Shown here: piece after piece, positions 50,912 to 63,700 of the stretch
Layout: each line of letters starts with the position of its first letter
How positions within the stretch are numbered: the stretch's first letter is position 1
DNA from: Chrysomallon squamiferum
Lineage: Eukaryota > Animalia > Mollusca
DNA: 64,000 nucleotides
Direction: 5' to 3'
Assembly (NCBI GenBank): GCA_012295275.1
Contig: CM022679.1
Span: forward strand, 1,984,001 to 2,048,000
Position numbers and translations under genes: made by a program
The notes under the pieces: generated by a model
Seen by the model: only the letters and a program-made list of their open reading frames with translations
Databases searched by the model: none
Told to the model about the DNA's origin: nothing

Positions 50912-53900
50912 TATTACTATTTTTTGGGGGGGATTTGTGGTTTATTATTACTGTATCATTACAGCACTGTATATATATTGTTATCATTATAAACTGAGAG
51001 ACAGACTGTAGTCCTTCTCCATTCCTTTCCTCTAACTCTTTACGGATACCTGAAGCTTTAAAAAAATATTTTACCAGAACATCCTCCCCGCGACACAGAG
51101 CTTCATAGTGCTTGAATTCTGCTGATCTCCTGTATTCATCGATGTTTGGTTCATTCTTGATAGGAACATCTTCCATATCACCTCGTCTTCCAGTCTTTTT
51201 TTCCTCATCCTCAATCATCTGTTCATAATACTTCTTGTTGTTCAGCGCCCTCTCATGGGCAGGATCTGTCAACAAGTGACATTCATATTTAGTTTAGTTA
51301 CAAGCATATACAAATTAAAAATATATAAAAAGATTTAAATAAGGCCCTAAGCTAGTGAAAACTCTGAAAGTTTAATTAAACATGTATTAACTGAGTATTA
51401 TGAGAAACAGCAAACTTTGAAGACAAATACTAATATAAAATATTGTGTAATATGTGCTAGAGAAATCATTAAAGGCCTAATATAACAAGTAAAAGATTGA
51501 GTATATACAAGATACAGACAACATGGAAGATCTAAAATAACAAGTACCAAAAGTAGTAGCTTGTTTAGTCCTGATTATAAGTAACAGATGAGAAAAAGAT
51601 AATGACTGAATCTGTCTGCTGCATCAGTTACTTTCAATGTGGACACATTTTTTGGCTGCTAAAGGAATGACTATGTAAAACACATTAAACTGCTAACAAT
51701 AAGGTTTTGTATATATCCCTACATTTAATATTCTGTCATTAAAAATATTCTAAATTATAGATTTATTATGCTGGATCTAGTTTTGGTTTTTATGTGTAGA
51801 TTGTTTCTGGAATGTTTTGGTTTTCTGTTTTTTTGTAGTTTGTTTTGTTTATTTTTGTGGGGTGGGGGTTTTGGCTGTGTTTTTTTTTCTCTTTTTTTTG
51901 TGATTTTTTCATGCAAAAACAATTTTTGTAAAATCTTACCCAGCAGTAATAATTCATTTGTCAAAGACAAAGCATGTCTCAGATTTCCTTGCTGAAAAAT
52001 AAAAACAGAGTGCAATTAATAATAAATGTTTTAAATATTATGCAATAAAAAATAAAAATAAATACAAAACAAACAAAAAAAAAATAATAATAATAAAATG
52101 TGTCTAAGCATTCATTTTGAACATTTAATTAAGAAAAATATACATATAATAATAAAATAGAAAACATTTTTTTATTATTAAATTATTTTATTTTACTTTT
52201 TTTTTTAACTAAATGACAACAAAGACTCTACATTCAAGTCATTTGAAAAAATAAATATCAGCCAGTTTTATGAAAAGTTCTGTAACAAGAACGAATTGGT
52301 GTCAAGAGTCCCACTGTACAAACAAGAGAGGAAAATGATCCAGGCTGATAACTGTAAATAATAAAAAAATTTATTCTAACAATCTGCTTCACTCAGCTGC
52401 ATTCTTTTTCTGCTTGTCTTGAAAAATGCAGACCGTAACATCAAAAAAAGAATGACGAACCACCTTCATCCATATTAATCGTTGATGTTGTTTGAAACAT
52501 AAATAATAAAATTCTACACATCAATATTTTATATTCTGAATACTAACAGATGCATTATAAGATATTCAGTATTATTATTATTATTTTTTTTTTTTCAATT
52601 ATTATATTGTTGTTATTGTTGGGGGTTTTTTTCATTGTTAGATTCAGCTTTCAACTTAACCTTTTTGTTATTTTATAACTAAGTCATAAGCTGTGACCAA
52701 AAGACAACTGAAAATTAGAATTATGAAACATTAAAAAAAAAAGAATATTTAAAACAAATTGTATATGGTGATTCTAATAATCAGAAAAGAACAAAAGCAA
52801 TTAAAGTAAAGATTTAAATGAAATGGTTCAAACTGAATTGTATGTTTTCAAATACAGTGATGTTTTGAATTGTAGGTGTGGTTGAAAAAGGTGGACAGTG
52901 TTTAATACAAAGGAGATCTCATAATGCAGTGCTAAGTTACAATGTTAATGAAAAGAGTGTTATCCAAGGAGGGGGATATGGTGAGGATGATGATACTTAT
53001 ATGTCTTAGTTTGTTTATCTTTTGAATGATTACTGTATACATTATTGTATAAGCATTAATTAATGGTAATGACAACATAAATTCCCAGTACATTATTCAA
53101 ATTCTGTCAATTAATAAATGAAAGTCAAATCACAAAGTATTTTATAAAGCTATTGTCAAAAATTATATATGGAAAATTTAATTTGATCTTAACGACGACA
53201 AGATTATATATACATTATCCATAAACTCCAAATCAATTATAATATTTTGAAATAAGACACATGTCAGAGCAAACTGAATATTAACCTTATTATATAGATA
53301 TTTTATTTTAGAAATGTAGGCAATGACTATACATTTACAACAATAATTATTATACATGGTAAACCAAATCCCCTTTCTTTTTTAGTTCAATAAACCATTA
53401 AAACAGTTTTGTAGATTAACAAGAGCTGATATTGAGTATAAATAGTGTTGTACTCTTGGCATTGACTGTTCCTGCAGGTGATCAAGGCTTACCATTGCTG
53501 TAGCATAGGCCGAGTAATCAAGAAGTTCAAATCGAGAAATAGTTTTGTTTTCCTCTTCTCTTTCCTTGTCAAGTGCTGCCTGCATCCACATGTACGTGTG
53601 GTAGTAGTCTTCAGAGTTGTAGGCAAAGCGACCCAACTGAAAACAGTCTTCCGCTGAACATGAGCAGAGAGAAGCCGAATGAATGAAAACAGTTGATGAC
53701 AACACTGAGGCAAACCATGCACTGTCTGCAAACCAGGGTCCAAAATGCAACAGAAGGGAATGCTGGGAAAGGGGAATGCTGGAGAGGGTATTGGTTGATA
53801 AGGAAATGCAGGATTGAATGGACAACCAGCGTTTATGGACAGGGGGCCAGAAGGAATGGTTTGGTTAGTTGATAAAAGCAGTTAGCAATGAGATGGGAGA

Positions 53901-55831
53901 TGTTTTCCCCCTTCTAATTTATCTTCTGTAACTAGTTTATGCAAACCTCAGACCGATGTTTTAAGCATTCATATTAGTCTTCTGTTATAACTAAACATGC
54001 AGGTACCAGTGTTGTGGTTAACTGTACAATCTAAAATTAAACCATTTCACAAAGAAGGATATAATCCAATGCAGAACTAGAAGATTTTAAATTGACAGGG
54101 ATTTAATATTTTATTTCATAGTTTGTGTTTGGCAGTATGTTTGTGTTCCTAGATGTGTACACGTGAAAGAAAACTTTAATGCCAAAATATTTTATTACCA
54201 ATATCTATGATATATTAAACAAGTTTTTTGTACGTGTATAACAGAGAGGAAACTTGCTTAAATTATTACATCACTGTTGTAATCAGCAGTAAGGACTATT
54301 ATTTTTATGTCAGCACTTTCCTAAACTCACACCACAGCCTTTCAGAAACCAGTAAAACAACAAAGACTGGGATGAAAACTAAGCCCTTGTAGAATTGATC
54401 TGACAGTCTGTCACATGTAATGAATGACATGTTAAGCATGTTTTCAGTAATTCTTATATTCAGTCATAATATCTGGATATTAATAATTCTATTTTAATTC
54501 TCTGTTCCAAATATACAGTTTTGAATGCATCAAATAATGTACATTTAATAATCAGAAGCAAACACACAAAAAACAAAAAAACCCAGTATTATCCATTTAT
54601 AATATTAAATGAATAAACATATTTTACCTGCAACAAAAGAAAAACAATTCCCTGCTTTGATTAAAGATAAAATAAAATAAAATTGTTATTAGGAAAAAGA
54701 CAATGTTATAAAACCAGGGTCACCAAAAACGAACCTTAAACAAAGAGAAAGCCATGTAATCAAGAATTTCGAGTTTTTTCTGCCTGTAATCCGACTGGTT
54801 GCTATCAAGACTTTTCAGTGTTTGTTCCATCCACAAAATAGAGTGTCGATAGTCGCCATCAACATATGAAAGTCTGCCAAGCTCAAAACATGAGTCCGCT
54901 GAAAATAAAGTAACAAATGGGAGGTGGGGAACATGCTCATACAGGCAAACCAACATGCTTGTACAATCTGGCAAACTGAACAAGGCTGGGATATCTGTAG
55001 GGTTTTTAGTAAGATATTCTCACACATAAAAACAACTAAACAAATTTGTATTTATTTCACAATACCTAAATTTTATACTCTTTTTTTTTTTTTTTGTTTT
55101 GATTACAGCTTTTTCTTTCTTTTTAGTCTGTTTTATGTTTTCAATAGTTTTATTTTTTTTTTATTCCATTTTTTTTTTTTTCTTTATATATAATGACAGA
55201 ATAAGAAATATGTTTATCATTTAACAACAGGTATATTTCATAAACACCCTTCCCAATCAAATATTTACACAGGAATTAATTTATAGATCATAAAAAAAAT
55301 GTTCATAGTTTCATTAAATACAGTTTCAAAATTATCTATTTAAAAAAAACACAAAAAAAAACAGCAACAAAAAAACAGAAAGCTACGATTTGAACTGTTA
55401 TTCCACATATTATTAATAAATATTTATTTTCAGAAAGACCGAACAATGAATTCTGCATCAGTTTTCCCACAGCTACATTTAATGTAATTATTTAACAATA
55501 TTAACAGTTAGTATTCTCACACATCACATTAACACAGGTTTACACACAGCATGCTTTAAACATGCATTATCTGACAAATGTTAGAAAAACAACAATTCTA
55601 TGTTAAACACTATTTGACAATGATTATAGTAATAATATCTGCCTATAATGTTTATAATAATGTTATACATAATTGATATAATTATTACATTTGCTATTTA
55701 TTAACATTTAAACATGAAAATACTGCTACATAATTTCACATATTAACACTTAGTATATTTTATATTAATTTATGATCTACTGTTATAAATAATGCTTAAA
55801 AATTAAGACTATTGCTATCAACTGTAATATA

Positions 55832-55862
<31 letters not shown>

Positions 55863-58800
55863 TATATTGCAATTAATAACAGACACACAAATATTTATAG
55901 ACTCTTCTAATTAACCTGCTGACTACCTCAAAAGTTTATTTTTTCATTAGACTTTCCAAGACATTAATAATAAACTTTTTTGTTGATCGCAAAATCAATG
56001 ATTATATTAAAATACACTAAGCTGAATAATTTTTCTAATTTATAATGTCAATAACATACAGCATTATTCTACTTTAAAGTAAAATCTCTCTCACTCACAC
56101 ACACAAACTGTTCAGAACATTAATCTACTGGTTTACTGCAATCTCTACCTGTCAGTGCAGATATCTGTCTGCCGTTGATGTCACCCTCTGCCAGTCGAGA
56201 TGTGTCCAGCTGGTAGGTGTCCTGTAGTCGCATGAACGCTGCAGCTACTCCGGCCAGGTCTTCGTAGTTTGGAAGGCTTTGACGGGAATTTTCTACTTCA
56301 CTCAGCAGAACTAGAACGAAGTAATAAAGACACATTTTGATATTAACATTCAACATATACTACAAGCAATAAGTTAAAAATGTTTTAACAGATATATACT
56401 AAAAGCAATATTAAATCTGCTCCATAAACAACTTTATTAGTTAGCTGTAAGAAATCATCTAAATGTAACTTCCTACAAACAGGAAAGCATATACCATAGC
56501 CTTTGATATCCAACTAAGTAAGGTAAGTGGACATCAACAGGAATTGAATCTGCAAGCCACAGACTGATAAACAATAATTATAATTTACTAATACCAATAT
56601 TCATTAAATCTTAAACTAAACTAAAATAATGTTAATCTTATATTTAAAGTACCCAGATTTTGTTAATTATTTTTTTTATGATGATGCTAATCATCATCAT
56701 TATTGCTGTTTTGTTCTTATTGTTGTTGTTGGTGTTGGTGTTGTTATTGTTATTTATGTTGTCATTGTTTTATTTTCATATTCTGTCTTTTATAAAGATT
56801 GCACAATAGGAAATATGTCATATTATTTACCTTGGTACATCTGATTGTCATTCAGTATGCTGGCAACATTTCTATCCCAGTCGAGAGTGAAACGTTTGAT
56901 AAATAAAAATGCACCGATTGGGTTGGCCATGTAACGTACTGGGTCTTTCAAAGCATTATTACTATGAGTTTCCATGTCATCAGCAATTCTGTGTGAAAAA
57001 AGGAAAAACAAGGATGAAAATATCTGTTATGTGTTACTACAATCACTTTCTGTATCTTCAGATACCACTACACACATTTCACAGACAGCCTCAATTCTAA
57101 GAATTATTAAATAATTTTGCTGGTCATGTTCTTTTTTGTTTATTGTTTTTAAGATTACTAAATTTTTACATTATTTCTAATGAAAACTTTGAAAATTACC
57201 TAGTAACTCTAGAGGTACACAAATGCACTATATTCATTTTGTGGAGGTCTTTTTTGTTGGTTTTTATTTTACTGAATAAAATACCAGGTAGACTAATGGT
57301 TGCACTTATTTGGTAGTATAGAAATTATGCTAATTTCTAACAATTTTTATAATTTATAATTCAAACCTTATTCTTAATTTAATCTCTCTCTTCACAGATA
57401 CCATCGTAACAAGATAAATAAATTTTAAGAATCATTTTATAAAAAACTTTGTAACATAATATTCCAAAATAATAATAATAAAAAAATTTTAAATTCCTAA
57501 TTTCAAAGATTTTATTCACTATAATGAGCCACATCACCATTCAGAGATTATTAGAACAATAAATATTGTAATAATCTCCTTTCTATTACAGTATAATGAC
57601 AAATATGGTTTATTATAAAAACAATCCTACACAGATGCATGCGAGGAAATGAGTTACACCTCTTCTATTTATGAAAGTAATTTATTAACAAACAGCCCAT
57701 TACACAGATAATTCACAGCAACATAAAAACGACTGTTAGCGATATCAGCTAGCAAGGAAATAATTTCCTGTCAACTGCCTCCGAGCATTCTTTCCCATCA
57801 ATCTAAAAACTGAGACATCTTCATTCATGTCATTATATACAACCTATTATTAATATGTCATTACACACAGCCTGTTATTAATTTAATACAGTTACTTTAG
57901 ATTTGGCCTCAAGCCTGGTTATAACTAATTTTCTCAAGAAAAAAAAAAACCTTAGGTGTCTGTCAATGCACGTTTATGGCAATGTTACATGGGATACTTT
58001 GATATAATGCTAATGTTAATTATTATCATGTAATTTTCTCTTTTTAAACCGGATTATAGTTAACTAATCACAATGCTGTTTTTAAGAAGTATTGTACCTT
58101 TTTTTATGATTTAGGAGAAAACTATTTGCAAAAAAATAATAATAATAAAATATGTATTATTATTATTATTTATATTATTATTATTAATCATTTAATTTTG
58201 TTATTATTTTGTTTGATATTGCCGTATTATGAAAATCAATGATATAAAGTGTTATTGTTTAATGAGGTTAAATATAAAACATTTACATAAATCACACAGA
58301 CAAACACACACACACACACACACACATATATTCAATTGGTTTATTTTATATATAAGTTACAACAGTTATATATATATATTAGATTGTTTTAGCTTGTACT
58401 AAATTGGGGGAAGGTGAAGGACATACTGCTAAAAATGATCCAAATGCATATAAGCATATAGTAGCTTTTTTCACAATAATAATTAATCTTGTTTTTAATA
58501 ATTATTTATCTTACTTAAAAGTATACATGCATGAATGAGTTCTACATATGTCAAACTGTCCTTCATCAAATTCCCAACTGTTCTGTTACCTTGGTTAACT
58601 CAGCGTAAGCACATCAAACATGTAGTCAAAATAAAGTTATATTTTCCAGATGGCTGTTTAGACTAATTACTAATTACTGTTTAGATTTATCTAAGAAATT
58701 TTATTTATGCTGGTACTAACAATCATTTTAACTATATTTTTGTGATCACTTACTTCTGATTAATGTTAGCGTGTGTTATTAAACAAATACATTTTGCAAT

Positions 58801-59653
58801 CTTGAATAAGATTGTTTCATTATCCTATTTTCAAATCAGTTTCAAATCAAACTTTTATCTTCTGATGAACACTTCTGTAGGATAAACATGGCTGGCTTTG
58901 TTCTGCATGTACTGTAATAATCTGTATGTTTTAAACTGTTTATTTACTTGAAGAAAATCAATAATATATGACACAGTAAGTGTTTTAAACATTTCCTAAT
59001 ATTAGTATTTTGAAATTAGGTTTTATTTAAAGTTCTGTTTGTTTGTAATATTTAAGCTGTGACTGAATTTCATGTTACTCATAATTATTAAAGTGTACCA
59101 GCAAAATATCTAATTTTATTTACAAAAAAATAATATGTTCATTCATTTACTAAAGGTATTGTTAAAACTGTCTAGAAGGCCAAACTGTTAATTATGAAAC
59201 AACATATCAATCAATTTTAAAAACTACAATTTCTCAATTTCTTAAAGGAAAAACACGGCTGCATATCAGGATACCAGTACAACGTTGCATAACAATTAAT
59301 TGTTTGGTAATCTTATAGTCTTGCCACGCATAAAACTAATTATACTCAGTTTAAAAGTATTATGAAGAAAGTCTTTATTTTTAAAATTGTGAATAAATAA
59401 ATAAATAAATAACATCTGTAAATTTTATAAATTATGTATATTTATTTGTAATTTTTTATTAAAGAAAAATGCAATTTTACCTTTTTAGTTTTTCCAGTTT
59501 TTCTTCTTCGCTGTGTATATAATTCTTCATTGTTCTTGCAATGTCTCTTTCGGCATATAATGCATTTTCTAGGTGTGCAACAGAAGTAAATATTTCGGCC
59601 TTTGCTAAAACAATTACCCAAAGCAATGGTAAAATTCGTTGGTACATGTCCAT
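46870..59653 (-). CDS. P4HA1: Collagen prolyl 4-hydroxylase alpha subunit (P4HA1/2-like, ~533-534 aa)
   Basis: Exons 59653-59481, 56988-56831, 56310-56149, [54898-54735 or 53653-53493], 51991-51940, 51265-51075, 50056-49880, 49466-49396, 49110-49011, 48451-48398, 47906-47841, 47589-47521, 47037-46870; all phases are consistent. Signal peptide then EIFTS; LQDTY; NYGIGGHYEPHYD (HxD); TRHAACPVLIGTKWVSNKWIHE (distal His and 2-oxoglutarate-binding Lys). The paralogue assignment among P4HA1/2 is nominal. Confidence 0.95.
47042..47330. repeat. ~29-bp degenerate minisatellite abutting the last P4HA acceptor
   Basis: Repeated aaaatactagcaatgtaaaatatag-like units run up to the pyrimidine tract of the acceptor at 47038-47039. 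Confidence 0.8.
53493..53653 (-). CDS. P4HA alternative exon 4b (peptide-substrate-binding/TPR region)
   Basis: tgttcag|...|gtaagc, 161 nt. Encodes AEDCFQLGRFAYNSEDYYHTYMWMQAALDKEREEENKTISRFELLDYSAYATAM. Confidence 0.9.
54735..54898 (-). CDS. P4HA alternative exon 4a (peptide-substrate-binding/TPR region)
   Basis: ttttcag|...|gttcgt, 164 nt. Encodes ADSCFELGRLSYVDGDYRHSILWMEQTLKSLDSNQSDYRQKKLEILDYMAFSLFK. Confidence 0.85.
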
Positions 59654-59699
59654 GATTTTTAACAATCGTAAACAGGTTCAGCTGAGAAAATACTAGAAA

Positions 59700-60050
59700 A
59701 AGACCTTTACAAATTATACACTTTGTATCTCTGCTTCCGATAAAGTTGCAAAAGTTAGATAATTATTACCCTTTCACAAAGAACCAGCCTTTTCGTCGAC
59801 CACTCGATGCTTGTCACAATCTTAACGACTGAGAGAATGTACACGTTGTCATTTCTGTCTACGTGCAATCAGTTGCATTAGCGATGCCCGAAAACTGAAA
59901 TGGTTCCAAAGCTTCAAGTCTTGGGAAAAAGAACCGTATCGCCTTACCTCTTTTTAGTAATAAGTCCCAAACGAGTTGTCTCCCTTCTTTTGTTAAATTA
60001 AGTTTGTTGTGTTCGTAAATATTCCGGTTTTTGTTGTGCACGTTTTATTG
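59700..60050 (-). promoter_or_regulatory. Putative P4HA promoter / non-coding first exon region
   Basis: CpG-enriched patch upstream of the acceptor of the ATG exon (exon start 59681). Minus-strand donor-like gtaat (~59769) and gtaagg (~59947). Confidence 0.5.
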
Positions 60051-60744
60051 ATTTTCATATTAATAAATATGGTTATTTAATTTGGTTGTCTTAACAATTA
60101 TAAATTGATTAAAATATATATATTTATATTTATTACATTTCATAAACCAAAGTCACAAACAATAAATGTCCTAAGCACATTTTAAAAAGTTGTAGATAGT
60201 AAGATACAAAATTATTGCATAAATTTAATGATTATATAATTTTTGGATATAATAATTAATATCAATAATTTTGTTTATAAAACCATAAAGCTTATATCTT
60301 GCATGCAATTAAAAAGACATTAGCATTTTCGCAGCTTCTTTAAATAGCCGGGAGATATAAGACGTTTCTTCGCCGAAATTAATATTTGATGTTATTGGTA
60401 TTACATTAAACAGCATGCTCACAATATAATTACTCTGATTAATGTTTGCATGTTGAATGTTAACCCTGGGCGATCGGCTATAGTAATTAATTCACTGTTC
60501 AAAAATATGTTTTATATTCTCTGGAACTGTAGTTTTATAAGGGTAAATTCACTGTTGTTTAATATTAACTGATAATACTGTGGTTATTAATCAATAATTT
60601 ACGAAACAAAGAGTAGCACATTAAAATGTTGGTTTGCAAGAAGGGTGATGGTCACATGATCAGCATTTGAAAGTAACCCGTGAAATGAGTCGGTGTTACG
60701 TTAACGTTTTGAATAAACTGTTTTCTTCTTTTTCTTCTTCTTCT

Positions 60745-60786
<42 letters not shown>

Positions 60787-61115
60787 GAAATAACAAACAA
60801 AAAATCTATGGTGTGTATCTGTTTTTCTTTTCTTAAATATTATTATTATTATTATTATAATGAGTGAATATTTTCGGTTACTTTTTGGAGGTGAATGAAG
60901 TTAGATAATTTTTAATGATTTTAAATGAAAATTGATCGATATTTTTAAATAATGTTCTAGTATTTTTATTAGAAAACTGGAACTGTTTTACTTCAGATGG
61001 ATGGGGATTGTAGCTGTGCGCTGCATGCGTGGTGCTATTTGCTTATTATTTAAATATTATTATTATTTTAAAATATATTAATCAAGTGAAAATTTCTGTG
61101 ATTTATATTTCGTCA

Positions 61116-61146
<31 letters not shown>

Positions 61147-61149
61147 GTT

Positions 61150-61321
61150 TTATGTTCAGTACCTTTTCTGAACATTCCCCATGAAACGCATTTTCAAGTA
61201 TGAGTTCCCGTAGTAGCCACACTGAGGTGGGGATGTCATCACTCACCAGGTAGTCACTGTTGCTGCATTTAAGGTACAGATTATAAATAATGGTGAGGAG
61301 TTAAAAAAAAAAAAAAAAAAA

Positions 61322-61369
<48 letters not shown>

Positions 61370-61770
61370 CGAATTATTATTATTATATTAAACTTTTATT
61401 TTTTTTTATTTTATTTTTTTTTTTTTTATATTATATTATATTATATTATATTATATTATATTATATTATATTATATTAGTATATTAATTGAGTGAATATT
61501 TTCTGTGATTTTTGGAGTTAAATATATATGGATAATATTTAATGTTTATAAATGATGACTATATTTTCCTTCTAATTTTTTTGTTTGTTTTATTTTGTTT
61601 ATTTATTTATCTGTTATGTTCTGTACCTTAGGTGAACAGTCCCCCAGAAACACATTTTCAAGTATGAGTTCCCGTATTAGCCACTCTGAGGTGGGGGTAT
61701 CATCACTCACCAGGTGACTCACTGTTGCTGCATTTAAGGTACAAATTATAAAAATAATGGTGAGGAATTA
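61150..61770. repeat. Direct repeat of a ~150-bp GC-richer block (61150-61300 and 61613-61768)
   Basis: Shared cattttcaagtatgagttcccgta...ctgaggtgggg...catcactcaccagg...cactgttgctgcatttaaggtaca. Flanks 60861-60950 and 61490-61570 are also similar. Confidence 0.85.
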
Positions 61771-61799
61771 TTTTAAAATAATTTTAAAAAATATAATAA

Positions 61800-62913
61800 T
61801 AAAAGGTCTTCTTTCTTCCATCTAGGGCGTATTCGTGTATTATGCGTGATGCGGAAGATGAAGAAGAAATAATAAAAATAATAATAAAAAATAAATTATA
61901 AAAAATTAAATATTATAAAAATTAAATATTATAAAAATTAAATAATATAAAAAATAAATAAATAAATAAAAGAGAAGAAATCAAAGTTAAATAATAAAAT
62001 TAAAATAAAGAACAAATTTTAAAGTAATATTAATATTATAATAATAATAATTACAATAACAATAATAATAATAATAATAGCATAATTTTAAAAAATAATA
62101 AAATAAAAATAATAAGGTAGAAAAAGGTGTGTAAAGAAGATGTTTGTATGCAGGAAGAAGAAGAAGAAATAAAAAAAAATAATAATAATAAAAAATAAAT
62201 TATAAAAAATTAAATATTATAAAAATTAAATAATATAAAAAATAGATAAATAAATAAATAAAAGAGAAGAAATCAAAGTTAAATAATGAAATTAAAGAAG
62301 AAATTTTAAAGTAATATTAATATTATAATAATAATAATTACAATAATTAATTTTAAAAAATAATAAAATAAAAATAATAAGGTAGAAAAGGTGTGTAAAG
62401 AAGATGTTTGTATGCAGGAAGAATAAGAAAAAAAAAAAAATAATAATAAAAAAAATAAATTATAAAAAATTAAATATAAAAATTAAATAATATAAAAAAT
62501 AAATAAATAAATAAAAGAGAAGAAATCAAAGTTAAATAATAAAATTAAAATAAAGAAGAAATTTTAAAGTAATATTAATATTATAATAATAATTATTACA
62601 ATAACAATAATAATAATAATAATAGCAGCATAATTTTAAAAAAATAAATAAAATTAAAATAATAAGGTAGAAAATGGTGTGTAAAGAAGATGTTTGTATG
62701 CAGGAAGAAGAAGAAGAAGAAGAAATAAAAATAAAAAACAAAATATAATAAAAAATAAATTATTTAAAATTAAATATTATAAAAAATAAATAATATAAAA
62801 AAATAAATAAATAAATAAAAGAGAAGAAATCAAAGTTAAATAATAAAATAAAGAAGAAATTTTAAAGTAATATTAACATTATAGTAATAATAATTACAAT
62901 AACAATAACAATA

Positions 62914-62955
<42 letters not shown>

Positions 62956-63360
62956 GAATAATTTAAATAAATAAATAAAACAAAAATAATAAGGTAGAAA
63001 AAGGTGTGTAAAGATGATGTTTGTATGCAGGAAAATGGCAGGGGCATCATCCATCTCTCGAGTCTTCTTTCTTCTTCTTGGTCTTTTTTTCTTTCATCTA
63101 GGGCGTATTAGTGTTGTATGCGTGATGCGGAAAAAGAATAATAATTAATTAAAAATAAATAAATAAATAAATAAATAAAATTATTGCTTTAAAAAGGCAT
63201 TTAAAATATATATAAGACAGAAAAAGATTTTTGAAGATGATGTTTGTATGCAATGGCAGTGGGATCTTCCAACTCTTGAACTCTTCTTTCTTCTTCTTGA
63301 TCTTCTTTCTTCCATGTATGGCGTATTCGTGGTGTATGCATGATGCGGGGAAGAACATTT
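61800..63360. repeat. Complex AT-rich higher-order tandem repeat (~260-310 bp period)
   Basis: Recurrent aaggtagaaaaaggtgtgtaaagaagatgtttgtatgcagg and aaaagagaagaaatcaaagttaaataat (4 copies each, plus a diverged fifth). The motif tctagggcgtattcgtg...tatgcgtgatgcgg occurs at ~61821, ~63097 and ~63318. Confidence 0.85.
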
Positions 63361-63369
63361 TTTTAATAA

Positions 63370-63700
63370 TTTAGAAGCGTCGGCCGAAATGATTTTTAAA
63401 AATAAATAAATACAAATTTAGACGCAGATTTAGACGGTTCGCCAAAATAGTGAAGATCGGATTCTATATTTTCAGAAACCATGCCGAATTTGATGAAAGT
63501 AACCTGAATGCCGAAATCAAAACTTAATTTCCGATCGAGAACCTCTTACACGTTAAAATTGATTTCTGAAAGTCACAACTGGTTGTCACTGACGACGTTA
63601 TTTATAATGTCTGCAGATGTAAGGCGGACGTGACGGAAAACACAAGGGAAATGTGACGTCTTCGTGTTAAATGACGTTAATTTGTGTTTGTTTCGACAGA
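63370..63700. promoter_or_regulatory. CpG-rich promoter-like segment, target gene not in window
   Basis: Dense CpG against a depleted background. Several TGACG/TGACGT CRE half-sites (63590, 63631, 63654, 63672). Confidence 0.4.
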
